Assembly: GCA_038087875.1 (NCBI GenBank)
Contig: JAXLNO010000409.1
Span: 1 to 64,000 of the forward strand
Reading direction: 5' to 3'
Source: Malacoraja senta
Lineage: Eukaryota
Length of the DNA stretch: 64,000 nucleotides
Shown here: positions 38,481 to 51,463 of the stretch, in pieces
Layout: every line of letters begins with the position of its first letter
Position numbering within the stretch: position 1 is the first letter of the stretch
Notes under the pieces: model-generated
Database searches by the model: none
Seen by the model: the letters and a program-made list of their open reading frames with translations, nothing else
Told to the model about the DNA's origin: nothing
Position numbers and translations under genes: made by a program

Positions 38481-39504
38481 AAGGGGTCATCACTGGGTGT
38501 GCACTGAGGCGGATGCGACAGAAGAAGAGGCTCTGCGTCGTGGTGGACCCGGAACTTGTTGAGGTGGGGGCAGAGGAAGGGTTGACGACAGACTGTTCCG
38601 TGGGGGGGGGGGGATGGTGAAGACACGACAAGGGGGGGGATGGGGTTGGGGGCCAGAGGAGGGCCGGGGAGTGGACAAAACTCACTGTCTCAGCAGAAAC
38701 ACCTCCCCTGCACCAGTCTCCCCAGTCTTAGAGTCAAACAGAGGTGCAGAGGAGCATAGAACAGCACAGGAACAGGCCCTTCAGCCCACAATGTCCGTGC
38801 CGAACATGACGCCAAGTTAAACTGATCTCCTGTGCCTGTACGTGATCCATATCCCCCCCAATCCCTGCATATCCATGTGCATATCTAAAACCCTCTTAAA
38901 CACCACTATCGTATCTGCCTCCACCACCTCCCCTGGCAGCACATTCCAGCCACCCACCACCCTCTGTGTAACAAAAAAAAACTCGTCCCACAAGTATCCT
39001 TTAAACTTTGCCCCTCATCTTAAAGCTATGACCTCTAGTCTTTGAAATTTCCACCCAGGCTAAAAGGTTCTGACTGTCTACGTCTCTCAATTTTATGCAT
39101 TTCTTCAGGTCTCCCCTCTACCTCCAACATTCCAGAGGAAACAATCCAACTTTGCCCGACCTCTGTGTTGGAAGGAACTGCAGATGCCGGTTTATCAGAC
39201 AGCATCTCTGGAGAGAAGGAATAGGTGACGTTTCGTGTCGAGACCATTCTTCAGACTGATGAAGGTTCTCGACCCAAAATCTCACCTATACCGTTTCTCC
39301 AGAAATCCTGTCTGAGCCGTTGAGTTACTCCAGCTCTTTGTGTTTATCTTTTGCCCAACCTCTCCTTGTTGCTAAAGCCCTATAATCCAGGCAGCATTCT
39401 GGTAAACCTCCTCTCCTCTCTCTCCAAAGTCTCAACATCTTTCCTGCAATGGGGCGACCAGAACTGCACGGAATACTATAGCGGAAGATGGGCTAGTCAC
39501 TCAC

Positions 39505-39569
39505 CGACGGGCCGAATTCCATCGAGACTGCACTCGACGGCCTGAAAAGGCAGACTCAGGAAATCACTC
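39505..39569 (-). CDS. TDRKH: TDRKH exon
   Basis: RSDFLSLPFQAVECSLDGIRPV; phase 2 to 1. Confidence 0.93.
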
Positions 39570-39627
39570 CTGGAGACAAAACACAAACGCCATGAGGAAG
39601 CTGGGGACACAGGGGAGCGAGGCAGAG

Positions 39628-39870
39628 ACACGCGCGCACATGCGCGCGCACACACACACAGCACGCAAACACACTCACACACTCACAAACACAAGCGCAC
39701 GCACACACGCTCACGAATGCACTCACACTGCACACAAACACGCGCTCGCGTGCACACGAATACACACACACACAGCACAAACACCCGCGCACACATGCGT
39801 GTAAATACAGGCATGCAAACACACACAGATGCACGTACACACACGCGAGCACATGCGCTCACACACACGG
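39628..39870 (+). repeat. Degenerate (CA)/(CG) alternating tract
   Basis: Alternating purine-pyrimidine sequence. Confidence 0.9.
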
Positions 39871-40377
39871 AGACAGAGGAAAGACGGTGCAGAGAGGAGG
39901 CGGAGCAGGTAAAGGGTGGGAATGTGGTGACGCAAGAGACTGCAGATGTCAGAATCCTGAGCAATAAAACAAAGTGCTGGGGGAACTCAGCGGGTCAAGC
40001 AGTGTGGGTGGAACTAATTGCCGCAGATGGCTGTGGAGGGAATGATATTGAGTTTTATTAATGGAGAGATTGATCGGTTCTTGATTAGTGAGGGCTCCAA
40101 AGGTCAAGGGAAGAAGGCAGGAGAATGGGGTCGAGAGGGAAAAATAGATCAGCCATGATCAACTGGGAGTGCAGACTCGTTGGGCTGAATGGCCTAATTC
40201 TGCATCCATGTCTTATGGTCTTATATCCACCTATCACTCAGAGGGACTCAATGTTCTGGAGTAACTCAGCAGGTCAGGAAGCATCTCTGGAGATGTTGCC
40301 TGACCCACTCAGATACTCCAGCACGTTGTCCTTGTGTGTGATAGGTGGATACAGATAAGAGTGTTGTGTCAACTGAC

Positions 40378-40550
40378 CTGAGGACCTGTATGTTCGGCAG
40401 GGCTGCCTCTCCGTTGTCTCCGTAATCCACATAGTAGAGGTCAGCGTTGCCGTTCTCCAGGAAGCCCAGCACACAGGCTCGGTACCAGAAGCCGTCGTTC
40501 TGAAAGGGAGCCGCCACGATGTCGCCCACCTTTGGGACGAACGCCTCACC
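40378..40550 (-). CDS. TDRKH: TDRKH Tudor core exon
   Basis: VGDIVAAPFQNDGFWYRACVLGFLENGNADLYYVDYGDN; phase 0 to 2. Confidence 0.95.
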
Positions 40551-40613
40551 CTGTGGAGAGTTTGTGAGGGAAGTGTGAGTCTGGTCCCGACTGCCAGGCG
40601 AGAGGAGAGAGCT

Positions 40614-41335
40614 CTATCTAAATGGCGTCAAGTTGGGGAAAGGAGAAGTACAATGGGATTGGGGGTCCTTGTACATCAGTCTATGAAAGTAAGCATGCAC
40701 GTACAGCAGGCAGTGAAGAAAGCGAATGGCATGTTGGCCTTTGTAACAAGAGGAATCGAATATAGGAGCAAAGAGGTCCTTCTGCAGTTGTACAGAGCCC
40801 TAGTGAGACCACACCTGGAGTATTGTGTGCAGTTTTGGTCCCCTAATTTGAGGAAGGACATTCTTGCTATTGAGGGAGGCAGCGTAGGTTTACAAGGTTA
40901 ATTCCCGGGATGGTGGGACTGTCATATGCTGAGAGAATGGAGCAGCTGTGCTAGTACACTCTGGAGTTTAGAAGGATGAGAGGGCATCTCATTGAAACAT
41001 ATAAGATTATTAAGGGCTTGGACACACTAGAGGCAGGAAACATGTTCCCGATGTTGGGGGAGTCCAGAACCAGGGGCCACAGTTTAAGAATAAGGAGTAA
41101 GCCATTTAGAACAGAGACGAGGAAACTTTTTCTCACAGAGAGTGGTGAGTCTGTGGAATTCTCTGCCTCAGAGGGCGGTGGAGGCAGGTTCTTTGGATGC
41201 TTTCAAGAGAGAACTAGATAGGGCTCTTAAAAATAGCGGGGATATGGGGAGACTGCAGGAATGGGGTATGATTGGGGATGATCAGCATGCTGGCTCGAAG
41301 GGCCAAATGGCCTACTCCTGCGTCTATTGTCTATA
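40614..41335 (+). mobile_element. CR1-type LINE 3' fragment
   Basis: ORFs 40575..40901 and 40976..41221. Confidence 0.9.
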
Positions 41336-41692
41336 GCTCTGACTACTGCTTTCAAGAGAAACTTAGATTTAGCTCTTAGGGCTAAAGGAATCAAGGGATA
41401 TGGGGGAGAAAGCAGGAATGGGGTACTGATTTTGGATGATCAGCCATGATTATATTGAATGGCGGTGCTTGCTCGAAGGGCCCAATGGTCTAGGCCTGCA
41501 CCTATTGTTCCATGTTTCTGTGCTTTCTACACCACCTCTGCAACACCCATCAGCATGCTTCACCGCTCCGCCCTGGACTGCAAGATACTGCAGAGAGTGG
41601 TGTATGTGGCCCAGTCCATCGCACAGACCCTCCCCCAGCCCCCCCCCCCCCCGTGGGAGTGCTGCTCCTCACTGGCCACGGGCCGCACTTAC

Positions 41693-41859
41693 CGCTGTGC
41701 TGGAGTTGCTGTAGTAGCGGGACATCTCGGAGCAGAGGTTGTCCAGCTGCAGGCACCTGGAGCCCAGGATCTGGATCCAGAAGTGGCCGGGGTTTTCCGA
41801 AGCCGAGACGTAAACTTCCAGATGTTCGTCTGCAAGGAAACTGAAGTCAGGACTGGGAA
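41693..41859 (-). CDS. TDRKH: TDRKH exon (start of extended Tudor region)
   Basis: IPSPDFSFLADEHLEVYVSASENPGHFWIQILGSRCLQLDNLCSEMSRYY; phase 1 to 0. Confidence 0.95.
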
Positions 41860-43158
41860 CTGTGGAGAAGGGAGGAAATAAATATTACACTCCGGACCGG
41901 GAATGCCTGTGGGAGAGAAGGGACTAGGGAAAACGTCGCACTCACGGGGGAACGGCAAGGGACACCTCGTTACCTCCCACCATCGGCCGGGAGCGGGCTG
42001 ATGGGTGTCCGCTAGCCCGGACAAGGTTCAACCGCACAAGACACCAGGTCTCGGCACGGTGGTGCAGCGGTTAGTGCCACTGCCTCACAGCACAGGATGC
42101 CCAGGTTGCTGTCAGTACCTTCCCCCTGTGACCGCGTGGGTTATCTTAGGGTGCTCCAGTTTCCGACCACATCCCAAAGATGTACAGGTTTGTAGGTTAA
42201 TTGGCTTCTATAAACTGCCCCTCGTGTATTGGACGTATGTGTGGGAGCTAGTATATGGGTGATTGTTGGTCAGCATAGACTCTGTGGGGCCGAACGGCCC
42301 GTTCCCATGCTGCAACTCTAAATCAAAAACCAAAAAACAATGCCTCGACAGCCCGCGGGACTGGCACCCCAGCTGCCAGGGTGCAATCCCGATCTTCCAT
42401 CCTACCCCATTGCAGACATTGCACTTTTTCTCTGCAAGTCAAACCCTAGTGTTAGATTTACAGCATAAAAACAGGCCCTTCAGCCCAACAAGTCCACGCT
42501 GACCATCGATCAACCGTTCACACAAGTTCCATGTTATCGCACTTTCTAATCCACTTCCTACACACGAGAGAGTAATTTACTGGGGGCCAATTGAACTACA
42601 AACCTGCACGTCTTTGCGTTGAGGAAACCAGAGCACCCAGAGGAAACCCACGCGGTCACAGGGAGAACATGCAATATCCACACAAACTGCACCAGTGTTC
42701 AGGCTCGAACCTCGGATCTCTGCAGCGGTGAGGCAGCTGCTGCAAGCCTCCAACACTGTTGTACTATTTTCTGCACTCTAGCATTTTTCACTTTGCAGTT
42801 ACTGATGGTTTTAGTACAGTATATGCATATAAAATTGGATTCGATTCCCATTCCCGTGCCACGGGAAAGACACAGAACAGCTCCTAGACTGTGGAACAGC
42901 ATCCCCCTTCCCATCAGAACTGCGCCCTCCATCGACTCCTTTAAGTCAAGACTAAAAACGTATCTATACTCCCAAGCCTTTCTTGACGTTCTCTGAGCGA
43001 GGGCTATATGTATATATGTATGTAGTTTGTTTGTTTATACTATTCTTATAACAAATGTAAAGCACTTTGGCCAACGAGAGATGTTTTTTAAATGTGCTAT
43101 ATAAATAAATGTGACTTGACTTGACTGCCCCTCTGGGCAACAAGGCACAGGTTCTTAC

Positions 43159-43498
43159 TTTCAAACTTGGCCTGCTGATGGTTGGCAACTCGCTCCCCTC
43201 CGCCTGTGGCCTCTTCGCCTCCCACCCTGAGGGTGGGCTCTGTCCTGTGCTCCTGCCCCTCCTCCCCGCTGTGTCCAGGCGTCCACTCTCCACGCTGGGG
43301 CGAGCCCGGGGCTGCCGGTGCGGTGGGAGCCGGTGCTGGGGCCAGTGCCGGTGACTGTCCTGGTGCCAGTGCTGATGGCGACATCTCCCCGTCCGTACGC
43401 CGGCCGGCCGGGTGCTTGCGGTGTCTCCTGCCGGCGGCTGAGCAGGCCAGCTGCTGCCGGAACATCTCCTCCTCCTCCATCTTCGCCACGACCAGGGC
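43159..43498 (-). CDS. TDRKH: TDRKH linker exon
   Basis: ALVVAKMEEEEMFRQQLACSAAGRRHRKHP...QAKFE; phase 0 to 1. Confidence 0.88.
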
Positions 43499-43631
43499 CT
43501 GGGGGGGGGGGAGGGGGGAGAAGCAGAGGCTGGGTCAGGGGTAGGGGTTTAAGCACATCAGGAACAGCGGGGGAGGGGGAGGGGGGTGGGGAAGGGGGAG
43601 GGGGTGGGGGTGAGGGGCTCGCACTGCTCAC

Positions 43632-43774
43632 CTTGGCAGATGCCACCTCCTGCTTGGTGCCGCTGATACTGACCACACGCCTGAATCCCACCGCCGCGTC
43701 ACCTGGCTGCTTTTCACACACGATCCTCGCGCCCGTGGCCCGGCACATGGCACGGATCGACTCTCCACCACGGC
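43632..43774 (-). CDS. TDRKH: TDRKH KH2 exon
   Basis: GRGGESIRAMCRATGARIVCEK...RVVSISGTKQEVASAK; phase 1 to 0. Confidence 0.93.
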
Positions 43775-44245
43775 CTGCAGTGGGAAAGAACACCGTCACA
43801 CTCCGCACAGGGCCACTAGAGACACCCCCAGCCCCCCCCCCCCTCCCCCCGACCCTCTCTCCCATGACCAGCGGTGGGAAACAACGCCACCACTGTGTGC
43901 ACAAGACCACTGGAGCCTCCTCCTACTCCCCACCCCACGCTGTCACAGTCCGCCCAGGACCACTGGAGACACCTCCTCTGGCCCCCTCAGCCATCCCCCG
44001 CTGCACCAGGCTATGGGAGACCCCCCTCTCCCCCACCCGGCCCGACACATGGCACGGATCGACTCTCCTCCACGACCTGCCACTTGGAGATGCCGCTCTG
44101 CCCACCCACCCCTGCCCCGCGGCCACTGGAGACGCTCCCACCCATGCACCACCAGGCTGTGGAAGCCCCCTCCCGCCCCCGCCCCAGGCCGAGAGGTGTG
44201 AGGAGGGGTGGGGGGGGCTGGCACACAGGGAGCAGTGCGGGTCAC

Positions 44246-44452
44246 CTATGATGCGTCCCACTGTGTGAGGGGGGACGTGCAGCTCCTCGGTGACCCTGGC
44301 GCCGTGGGCTAGCAGCTGGCGAATGGCCGCCCTGGCCTTGCACACTTGCACGGGGGCCCCCACGATCGTCAGCTTCCTCTCGGCCGCTCCCCCTCCACGG
44401 CCCACTCCTCGCCGCCCTCCACATCGATGCGGGCTCCCGTCTCCCTCCGCAG
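44246..44452 (-). CDS. TDRKH: TDRKH KH1/KH2 exon (one base missing near 44389-44405)
   Basis: LRRETGARIDVEG... then, in a shifted frame, ERKLTIVGAPVQVCKARAAIRQLL...VPPHTVGRIIG. The exon is 207 nt where the phases need 3n+1. Confidence 0.9.
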
Positions 44453-45327
44453 CTGCAGGGGGGGGGGTGGTGGTTGAGGGTTTAAGGTGGGGAGTGGGAG
44501 GGGGAAATGGAGGGGGGGAGTGGATGGGGAGGAGGAGGTGGGGGGGGGGGGAGAGAAGGGTCCAAGGGTATTACAGCAATCTGGTAACATACACATTCTT
44601 CCCCCACCGCCCCTCCCGCCCAGCGCTCTCCTCCACTTAGTTTTAGTTCTCTCTCCGACCCTTCCCCACCCTAGACGTTGTACTAGTTTCACCGTCGTCC
44701 TGTTTTGTTCCACTGTTCGTATCCCCTCATTGTCACCGTCTCCACAACCAAATAACAATTTAAAGAAAAATCTATTTGATAAAAGTGAAAGCACTTGAAG
44801 CACATGAAATATTTAAAGCATTACTGCAAGCATGAATTATAAAGATTGCAGGCTTGCCTTACTCCCACAGTTGTAAGGCCTGCACTGAGGTCTCTGATCT
44901 GTGCCAAACCCTGGATCATACAGAGGTTTGGGGTGATCCTCTGGAGGCGTTTAAAAACCACGAAGGGAACAGATAGGCACAGAGTCTCTTACCCAGGGCA
45001 GGGGAATCAGGAACCAGAGGATACAGGTTTAAGGTGAGAGGGGAAAGATGTACCACGCACGGTGTGTGGGTACATGGTATAAGATGTCAGAGGATGGAGC
45101 TGAGGCAAGTACAATAACATTTAAATACATTTGGACTGGTACATGGATACATAAGGTGTATAGAGAGATAGGCCAAATATGTGCGGGGATCGCTGGTCAG
45201 CCTGGACTCGGTGGGCCAAAGGGCCTGTTTCTGCACTGTATCTCTGAACTAAATTAAACTATCTCTAAACTTCACCATACCAGCGTGCCTGGGCGAGAGG
45301 GGGAGCTGCGGGGAACATCATTCTTAC

Positions 45328-45434
45328 CTGTTGGATCGTAGAGCTCTGCCGGCCGATGATCAGCTTCACGCTGTCACGGGGAACCTTCATGTCCACGGCG
45401 ATCTGATTGTCACCCACTAGCACGCAGTGCTCAC
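45328..45434 (-). CDS. TDRKH: TDRKH KH1 exon
   Basis: EHCVLVGDNQIAVDMKVPRDSVKLIIGRQSSTIQQ; phase 1 to 0. Confidence 0.92.
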
Positions 45435-47681
45435 CTGGAGCAGAGACAAGAGTTAGTGACCATCCATGCACTGCCTCTTTTTTTTACAAATTTGTAGATC
45501 TGACCAGCTGTGTTACTCCAGCACTTTGTGTTCAACTGGAGAGGATTCTACAGGATTGTATTCATTGCCATTTGGTAGAGAATGAGTTAATTGGGATAGT
45601 CAGCACAGCTTTGTACGCAACAGATGATGTCTGTATGAATTTACTGAGATGGGGCTGTGGATGTTGTTCATATGGACTTTAGTAAGGCATTTGAGAGGCC
45701 CTTCATGTCAGGCTGAACCAGAAGATTAAGATGGAATGGGTGGCGTTTCGGGTCGAGACCCTTCTTCAGACTGAAAATCACTGGGAAAGGGAATCGAGAG
45801 ATGTGGACAGTGATATGGAGAGATAAAGAACAATGAATGAAAGATATGCAAAAAAGTAATGATGATAAAGGAAACAGGGCCTTGTTAGCTGTGTGTTGGG
45901 TAAAAACGAGAAGCTGGTGCGACTTGGGTGGGGGACGGATGGAGAGAGATGGAATGGCGGGATTACTTGAAGTTAGAAGTTTCACCCAGCAAACAGCTTG
46001 TCACCCGAAATGTCACCCATTCCATCTCTCCAGAGGTGCTGCCTGTTCCGCTGAGTTACTCCAGCCTTTTGTGTCTATCTTTAATTTAAACCAGCATCTG
46101 CAGTTCTTTCCTACAGAAGATTAAGATATATGGGTAGCTTGAATTTGGAACTGGTTTTAATCCTAAAACGCCTGTGGTGGAAGGGTGTTATTCTGCCCAG
46201 AGGTCTGTGACCAGCTGTGTTCCACAGGGATCTTGTTTGTAGACAGTCAGAACCTTTCTTCCCCCTCAGGGTAGATATGTGAAATACTAGATGGCATAGC
46301 TTTAAGGTGAGAGAGGTAAGTTTCAAGGAGATGTGTGGTGCGTTTTGTTTTTGTATACACAGAATGGTGGGTGTGAGGTATGTGCTGCCTGGGTTGGTGG
46401 ACTGATGTTTAAGAGGCTTTTAGATCGGCACATGAATATGCAGGTTATGGAGGATTATGGATCACAGGCTGGCAGGGGAGATCATTATAATTTGGCATAG
46501 AGTTTGAGCACAGATGCTCCTGTGCTGTTCTATATTCGATATAAAAGTATCACGACAAGTTTGTAGTGCTGGATGTGCACAGAATGTTCACATCACAGTT
46601 TTTACTTTCAGTTTAGTTTAGTTTAGAGATACTTCGCGGAAACAGGCCCTTCAGCCCACCAACCAGCGATCCCCGCACACTAACACTATCCTACACACAA
46701 TTTTACATTTCTACCAAGCCAATTAACCTACAAACCTACACGTCTTTTGATTGTGGGAGGAAACCAAAGATCATGGAGAAAACCCACGCAGGTCACGGGG
46801 AGCACGTACAAACTCCGTACAGACAGCACCCGTAGTCAGGATCGAACCCAAGTCTCGGGCGCTGCAAGTGCTGTAAGGCAGCAACTCTACCGCCGTGCCA
46901 CCGTGTCACCCAGACTTCTGGGTGCGGGGGGGGAGCGACAAGTGAAGGTTAGAAAGTTGGGGCTATACCTACTGGAATTCAGAAGTATGAGACGTGACCT
47001 TTAATAAGTCTAGGGGGGTTGACAGGAAAGGATATTTCCCCAAATAGGGGCATCTATAACTGAGGGGCGCAGTTTCAGAATTTCTCTCACCTGTTTAAGT
47101 TGCAAATGAGGTGAGACTGCTTCTCTCAACAGGTGACAACTCACTTGAATATTTTATCCCACAGACCATCCCATGGGTCAGCACAGTGGCGCAGCAGTGG
47201 AGTTGCTGTGTTATGGCGCCAGATACACGGTTCGATCCTGACTACGGGTGCTGTCTGTACGAGGTTCTCTCTGTGATGACTTGGGTTTTCTCCGGGAGCT
47301 CCGCTTCCCTCCCACATGCCAAAGACGTGCAGGTTTGTAGATTAATTGCTTTCGGTAAAAATTGTAAATTTTCCCTACTGTGTAGGATAGTGCTTGTGTA
47401 TGGGGTAATCGCTGGTCGGCGCGGACTTGGTGTGCCAAAGGCCCCATTTCTGTGCTGTATCTCTAAAGTTTAAAGAACTGTGGAGTGAATGATTGAATAT
47501 GTTCAAGGTGGAGTCTGATAGACCTTTGGAACTAGAAAGGAACCGACAGGTGTTAGGAGAGACACTGGTGCATGCAGCAATGGTCACCATGAACAGCAGA
47601 GCAGCAGAGCAGGCATGAGTCAGCGGGGACGAGGGGTCGTTGCGTGAATACACACTGAAGATGCTTCGCCGCTGCTCTTAC

Positions 47682-47802
47682 CCAGGCTCTCGCTGTATCG
47701 CCTGTAAAACACGTAGGCCGCGGCAGCACCTGCTGGAAGGCCGACAGCCAGCAGCACCTTCTGTGTTGTGGTCAGGCTGCTCCAGAGATTGTGAGCCGAC
47801 AT
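47682..47802 (-). CDS. TDRKH: TDRKH first coding exon (N-terminal membrane anchor)
   Basis: MSAHNLWSSLTTTQKVLLAVGLPAGAAAAYVFYRRY, the recognisable TDRKH N-terminus; GTAAG donor. Confidence 0.93.
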
Positions 47803-48929
47803 CGCTGCTCCTGCCGGGCCGACCCGAGACTTGGGTTCGATCCTGACTATGGGTGCTGTCTGTATGTGGAAAACAAAGCCCCAGTCATAGAGTCGCAGAG
47901 TGATACAGCGTGGAAACAGGCACTTCTGCCCAACATGTCCCAGCTACACTAGTCCCACCTGCCCGCGTTTGGTCCATATCCCTCCAAACCTGTCCTATCC
48001 ATGTATCTGTCTTACTGTTTCTTTAACGTTGGGATAGTCCCTGCCTCAGGAGCTCGTTCCATACACCAACCACCTTTGTGCGAAAATGTTACCACTCAGA
48101 TTCCTATTAAATCTTTTCCCCTTCACCTTAAACATGTCCTCTGGTCCTCGATTCACCTACTCTGGGCAAGAGAAGTGAAGAAATCTGGCACAAGGGCACC
48201 TTAACCCGACCACATCAGACTGACAGCCAGAATGGCCAGAATCCAGCATCACCACGATGGACAACACTAAGACACAGACAGGCAGGTACATGGAAAGGGA
48301 AGCAATTTTTACTGCAAATGTTTTGGAGGTCACTAGTTACTATTGTAGGTTTTCAATCCAAACATCAGTTTATGCCACCACTCCACACCTACGATCCAGA
48401 CCCTCATAACCCTCCAACTCATCCCCTCACTAACCCTGCCTATCCCCTCTACTCCAATCCCATGATATTCAACCGTCCCCAGCCCTACCTTGTGAAACTC
48501 TGCAAGAATCTGAAGAAACTAAATCAATTCCTGCCCTTTGCATTGCTACATGGCATCCGTCAAAGTTTACAACTGTCGTCCACCTCCCCTCCATCCCATC
48601 CAGCCACCCCCCACCCCCCACCCCATCGCAACTATCCCATCCAACCCCCTCAACTCCGCCTCCAACCCCATCCCCTCGAGCACCCATCCAATGTCCTCCC
48701 CCTCCTCCAGCCCTCTCCCCTCCACTATCGGTCCCTTCACCCTTGCCCCCATCCCTTCTCTCTACCCTCTAGTCTCCATCCCTTCTGCTATCCGTTCCAT
48801 CTCTCTCTTTCCCCCCCTCCCTCCCTCATCCCTCCCACTGTCCGGCCCGATACCCCGCTCGTCCCTCCATCCCCATACTCAGAGGCGGTACTTCTGCACC
48901 TCTCCCTCAGCGGCCTGTCCCCGGGCCTA

Positions 48930-49660
48930 TGTCATCTCACCACCGCCCCCTCCCCGCCCTCCGGCCGCCGCCGAGTCTCCCCCACCCCCCCCGGGACCGG
49001 GCACGGCGCGCCGCCCAATCAGCGGCCGGAGCCGCGGGCACCGAACCAGCCAATCAGATTAGAGTGGGCGGGACGCGAGCACATGTTGCACCAATCGGCG
49101 CGCGCGCTGACGCCTGACCTGCCGCGCCGGCCAATCAACGGCGAGACCCCGCTCAACGTACGATCGCGATTGGGCGGTTGCTTCCACCAATCGCAGTGCG
49201 GATGCGGGGGCGTTAGGTCACGCGACGAGGCGAGGCCTGCGGACGCCGAGGTGCACACTGGGAGATGAAGTCCAACCTCGTCGCCGCGTCGGAGGATCAA
49301 TTTGACGCCATCGCTGCGCACACTGAGCCTCCCTCGCTGGCTGGCCGGCCCAACCCAACCCGCCGTCGCTCCTCGGACAACCTCCAACGGCGGCGTCGCC
49401 GCGTCTTCGTGAGAGTTCGCGCGGAATGTGTGTTTGACGAGACGGTGAGGGACGGCAGGCCCGGTGCGAGGTGCTAGGCCTGCGGGCGGGCGGCAGTTGG
49501 GAGGGAGGGCGGGAGGCGCGCGCGCGGGAGCGGCCGTCGTCGTCCCGAGCTCCCGGCACGTGGCACACTGCGCTACCACGCACGCGCGCCGGCCACGCCC
49601 CCGGGCGCCAATCACCCACCCGCCCCGCCCCGCCCCGCCCCTTGGGAGCTCCTCCTGCCA
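48930..49660. promoter_or_regulatory. CpG island promoter upstream of TDRKH
   Basis: Very CpG-dense. CCAAT boxes near 49015, 49030, 49091, 49130, 49187 and 49608, CACGTG E-box near 49557, tandem GC boxes at 49620-49640. Confidence 0.8.
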
Positions 49661-51205
49661 CTCACTCCACCCAGACCCTCCCCCCCTCAATCACCTGACC
49701 TGGCCCCTCCCCCCCCTGTCAATCGTATTGCCGCAACACCTGTCACACGATTGGCTCCGCCCCTTGGGCATTCCCCATGTCAGTCGTCGTCTCCCATACA
49801 CATCACCCATCCCCCCCCCACGTATCACCCATCCCCCCCCCCACGTATCACCCCCCCCATTCCCCCACACATCACCCATCCCACCCCCCACATATCACCC
49901 CTCCCATCCCCCCACACATCACCCCTCCCATCCCCCCACACATCACCCATCCCCCCCTCACATATCATCCCCACACACATCACCCCGCAACCCCATCACC
50001 CCCCAATTGTCTCCCTACCTGAGATTCCCCCAACACCCCTCTCCCCCCCACCCCTTCCTCATCTTCTTCCCCCATCTGCCGTTTCCTCCCCACACCCCGG
50101 GCACTCATAAGTTTATAGGCCTCAGTAAACAAGGACAATAAACTCAACTCAATCATCAAGTCTACTCCACCATTCAGTCATGGCTGATCTATCTCTCCCT
50201 CCAAACCCCATTCTCCTGCCTTCTCCCCGTAACCCCTGACACCCTACGAGTCAAGAAAAGGTGCCTTCTCCTCGCCCCCTTCCCAAGTTGGGTCACCCCT
50301 TGCCCTGCCTTCCCCTCTGTGCTCCCCCCTTGGTTACTGTCTCTCGACCACAGCCCTCCCTGGTGCCTGGGCGCCGAGTCTGAAATCCCTGCGCTGAGTC
50401 TCTGCACAAATGTTTCTTAAAAATCTACTTCATTTACAAACTTTTACACTCTGTACTAAAACTTTAACGCAACTTAAAACTGTAACCCTAATGTGGCACC
50501 TTGGGATGTTTTGACACATTAATACGTGCATTGACTAGTCTAACAGAATGGTCTGTGTCGCATTTAAGCTGCCAGTCTTGGGGAAGGAAATGTGAAATTG
50601 GCACTGAACACAGATGATAAACTTATACTCAGACATGTTAACACAGCTGTTTATTTAAATGTTTGTTTAGGTTTGTTCAGATATTCTGATCCCCAATGAT
50701 GCAATTAGACATAAAGTTAAAGCAAAGCTATTTAAAAATGCTGCAGTATAATGTTTTACAATGCAAAGCATCTTAAATGGTAAACACAGTTGAAATGCCA
50801 CGGTCTGTACATTCATAGACAATTTAGGTAAAGGGCAATGTTGCTGCTTGAAGCATCAGCGTTTCACACTGGGTTGTGGACAGCGAGCAGAAGGGGTATT
50901 GGAGGCGGGCGCTGGTCCGGTGCATTCACAGGCTGGTGCAGCCCTGCCCTGGGCTGTTATCTCAGCTCAATCCCCTCAATGCAATGTTCCTGTGCCCCAT
51001 GTAGTTCCTGTGTGGACACCGGCCCGTGCTCGGCAGGTATGGAGCCACCCGTGTGAGCCCGTGTGACTACAAACCTAGTCTCTCCCCCATTCTGTCTGAC
51101 GGTGTGGATTGTGTCGGTCTGTCTCTTTAAACTAAGCTGTAAATGCAGCTTCCTGGATTAGTGTGTGTGTGTCCTTCCCGCCTTCTGATGGGCCATAAGC
51201 CATAA

Positions 51206-51463
51206 GGCGGCACGGTGGCGCAGCGGTAGAGTTGCTGCCTCACAGCACCAGAGACCCAGCTTCAAACCCGACTACGGGTGCTGTCTGTACGGAGTTTGCA
51301 CGTTCTCCCCGTGACCACATGGATTTTCTCCTGGTTCTCCAGTTTCCACCCACATTGCAAAGACGTACAGGTTTTAGGTTAATCTGCTTGAGTAAAATTG
51401 CAAGATGTCCTTAGTGTGGGCCCATGAGCCTTTTTCCATGCTGTATCATTAAACTCAACTAAA
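51206..51463 (+). mobile_element. tRNA-derived SINE (V-SINE/HE1-like); further copies near 29625, 32770, 42052, 46615, 47177 and 52320
   Basis: A-box GGTGGCGCAGCGG, B-box-like segment and central GAGTTTGCACGTTCTCCCCGTG domain. Confidence 0.75.

Noticed and set aside
49265..49477. Ornithine decarboxylase antizyme ORF1 (MKSNL start; OAZ3 neighbours TDRKH in mammals)
   Set aside because: Similarity stops after five residues, and I found no UCC-UGA frameshift site or antizyme core exons in the window.
49230..49480. Telomerase RNA, RNase P/MRP, U3 or 7SK gene
   Set aside because: No CTAACCCT template, pseudoknot or other diagnostic motif recognisable by eye.
48318..50141. Long Pro/His-rich ORFs
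   Set aside because: They arise from C-rich low-complexity and CpG island sequence and have no domain signature.
51206..51285. tRNA gene
   Set aside because: It is the tRNA-derived head of a SINE, continuing into SINE body sequence found in many copies.
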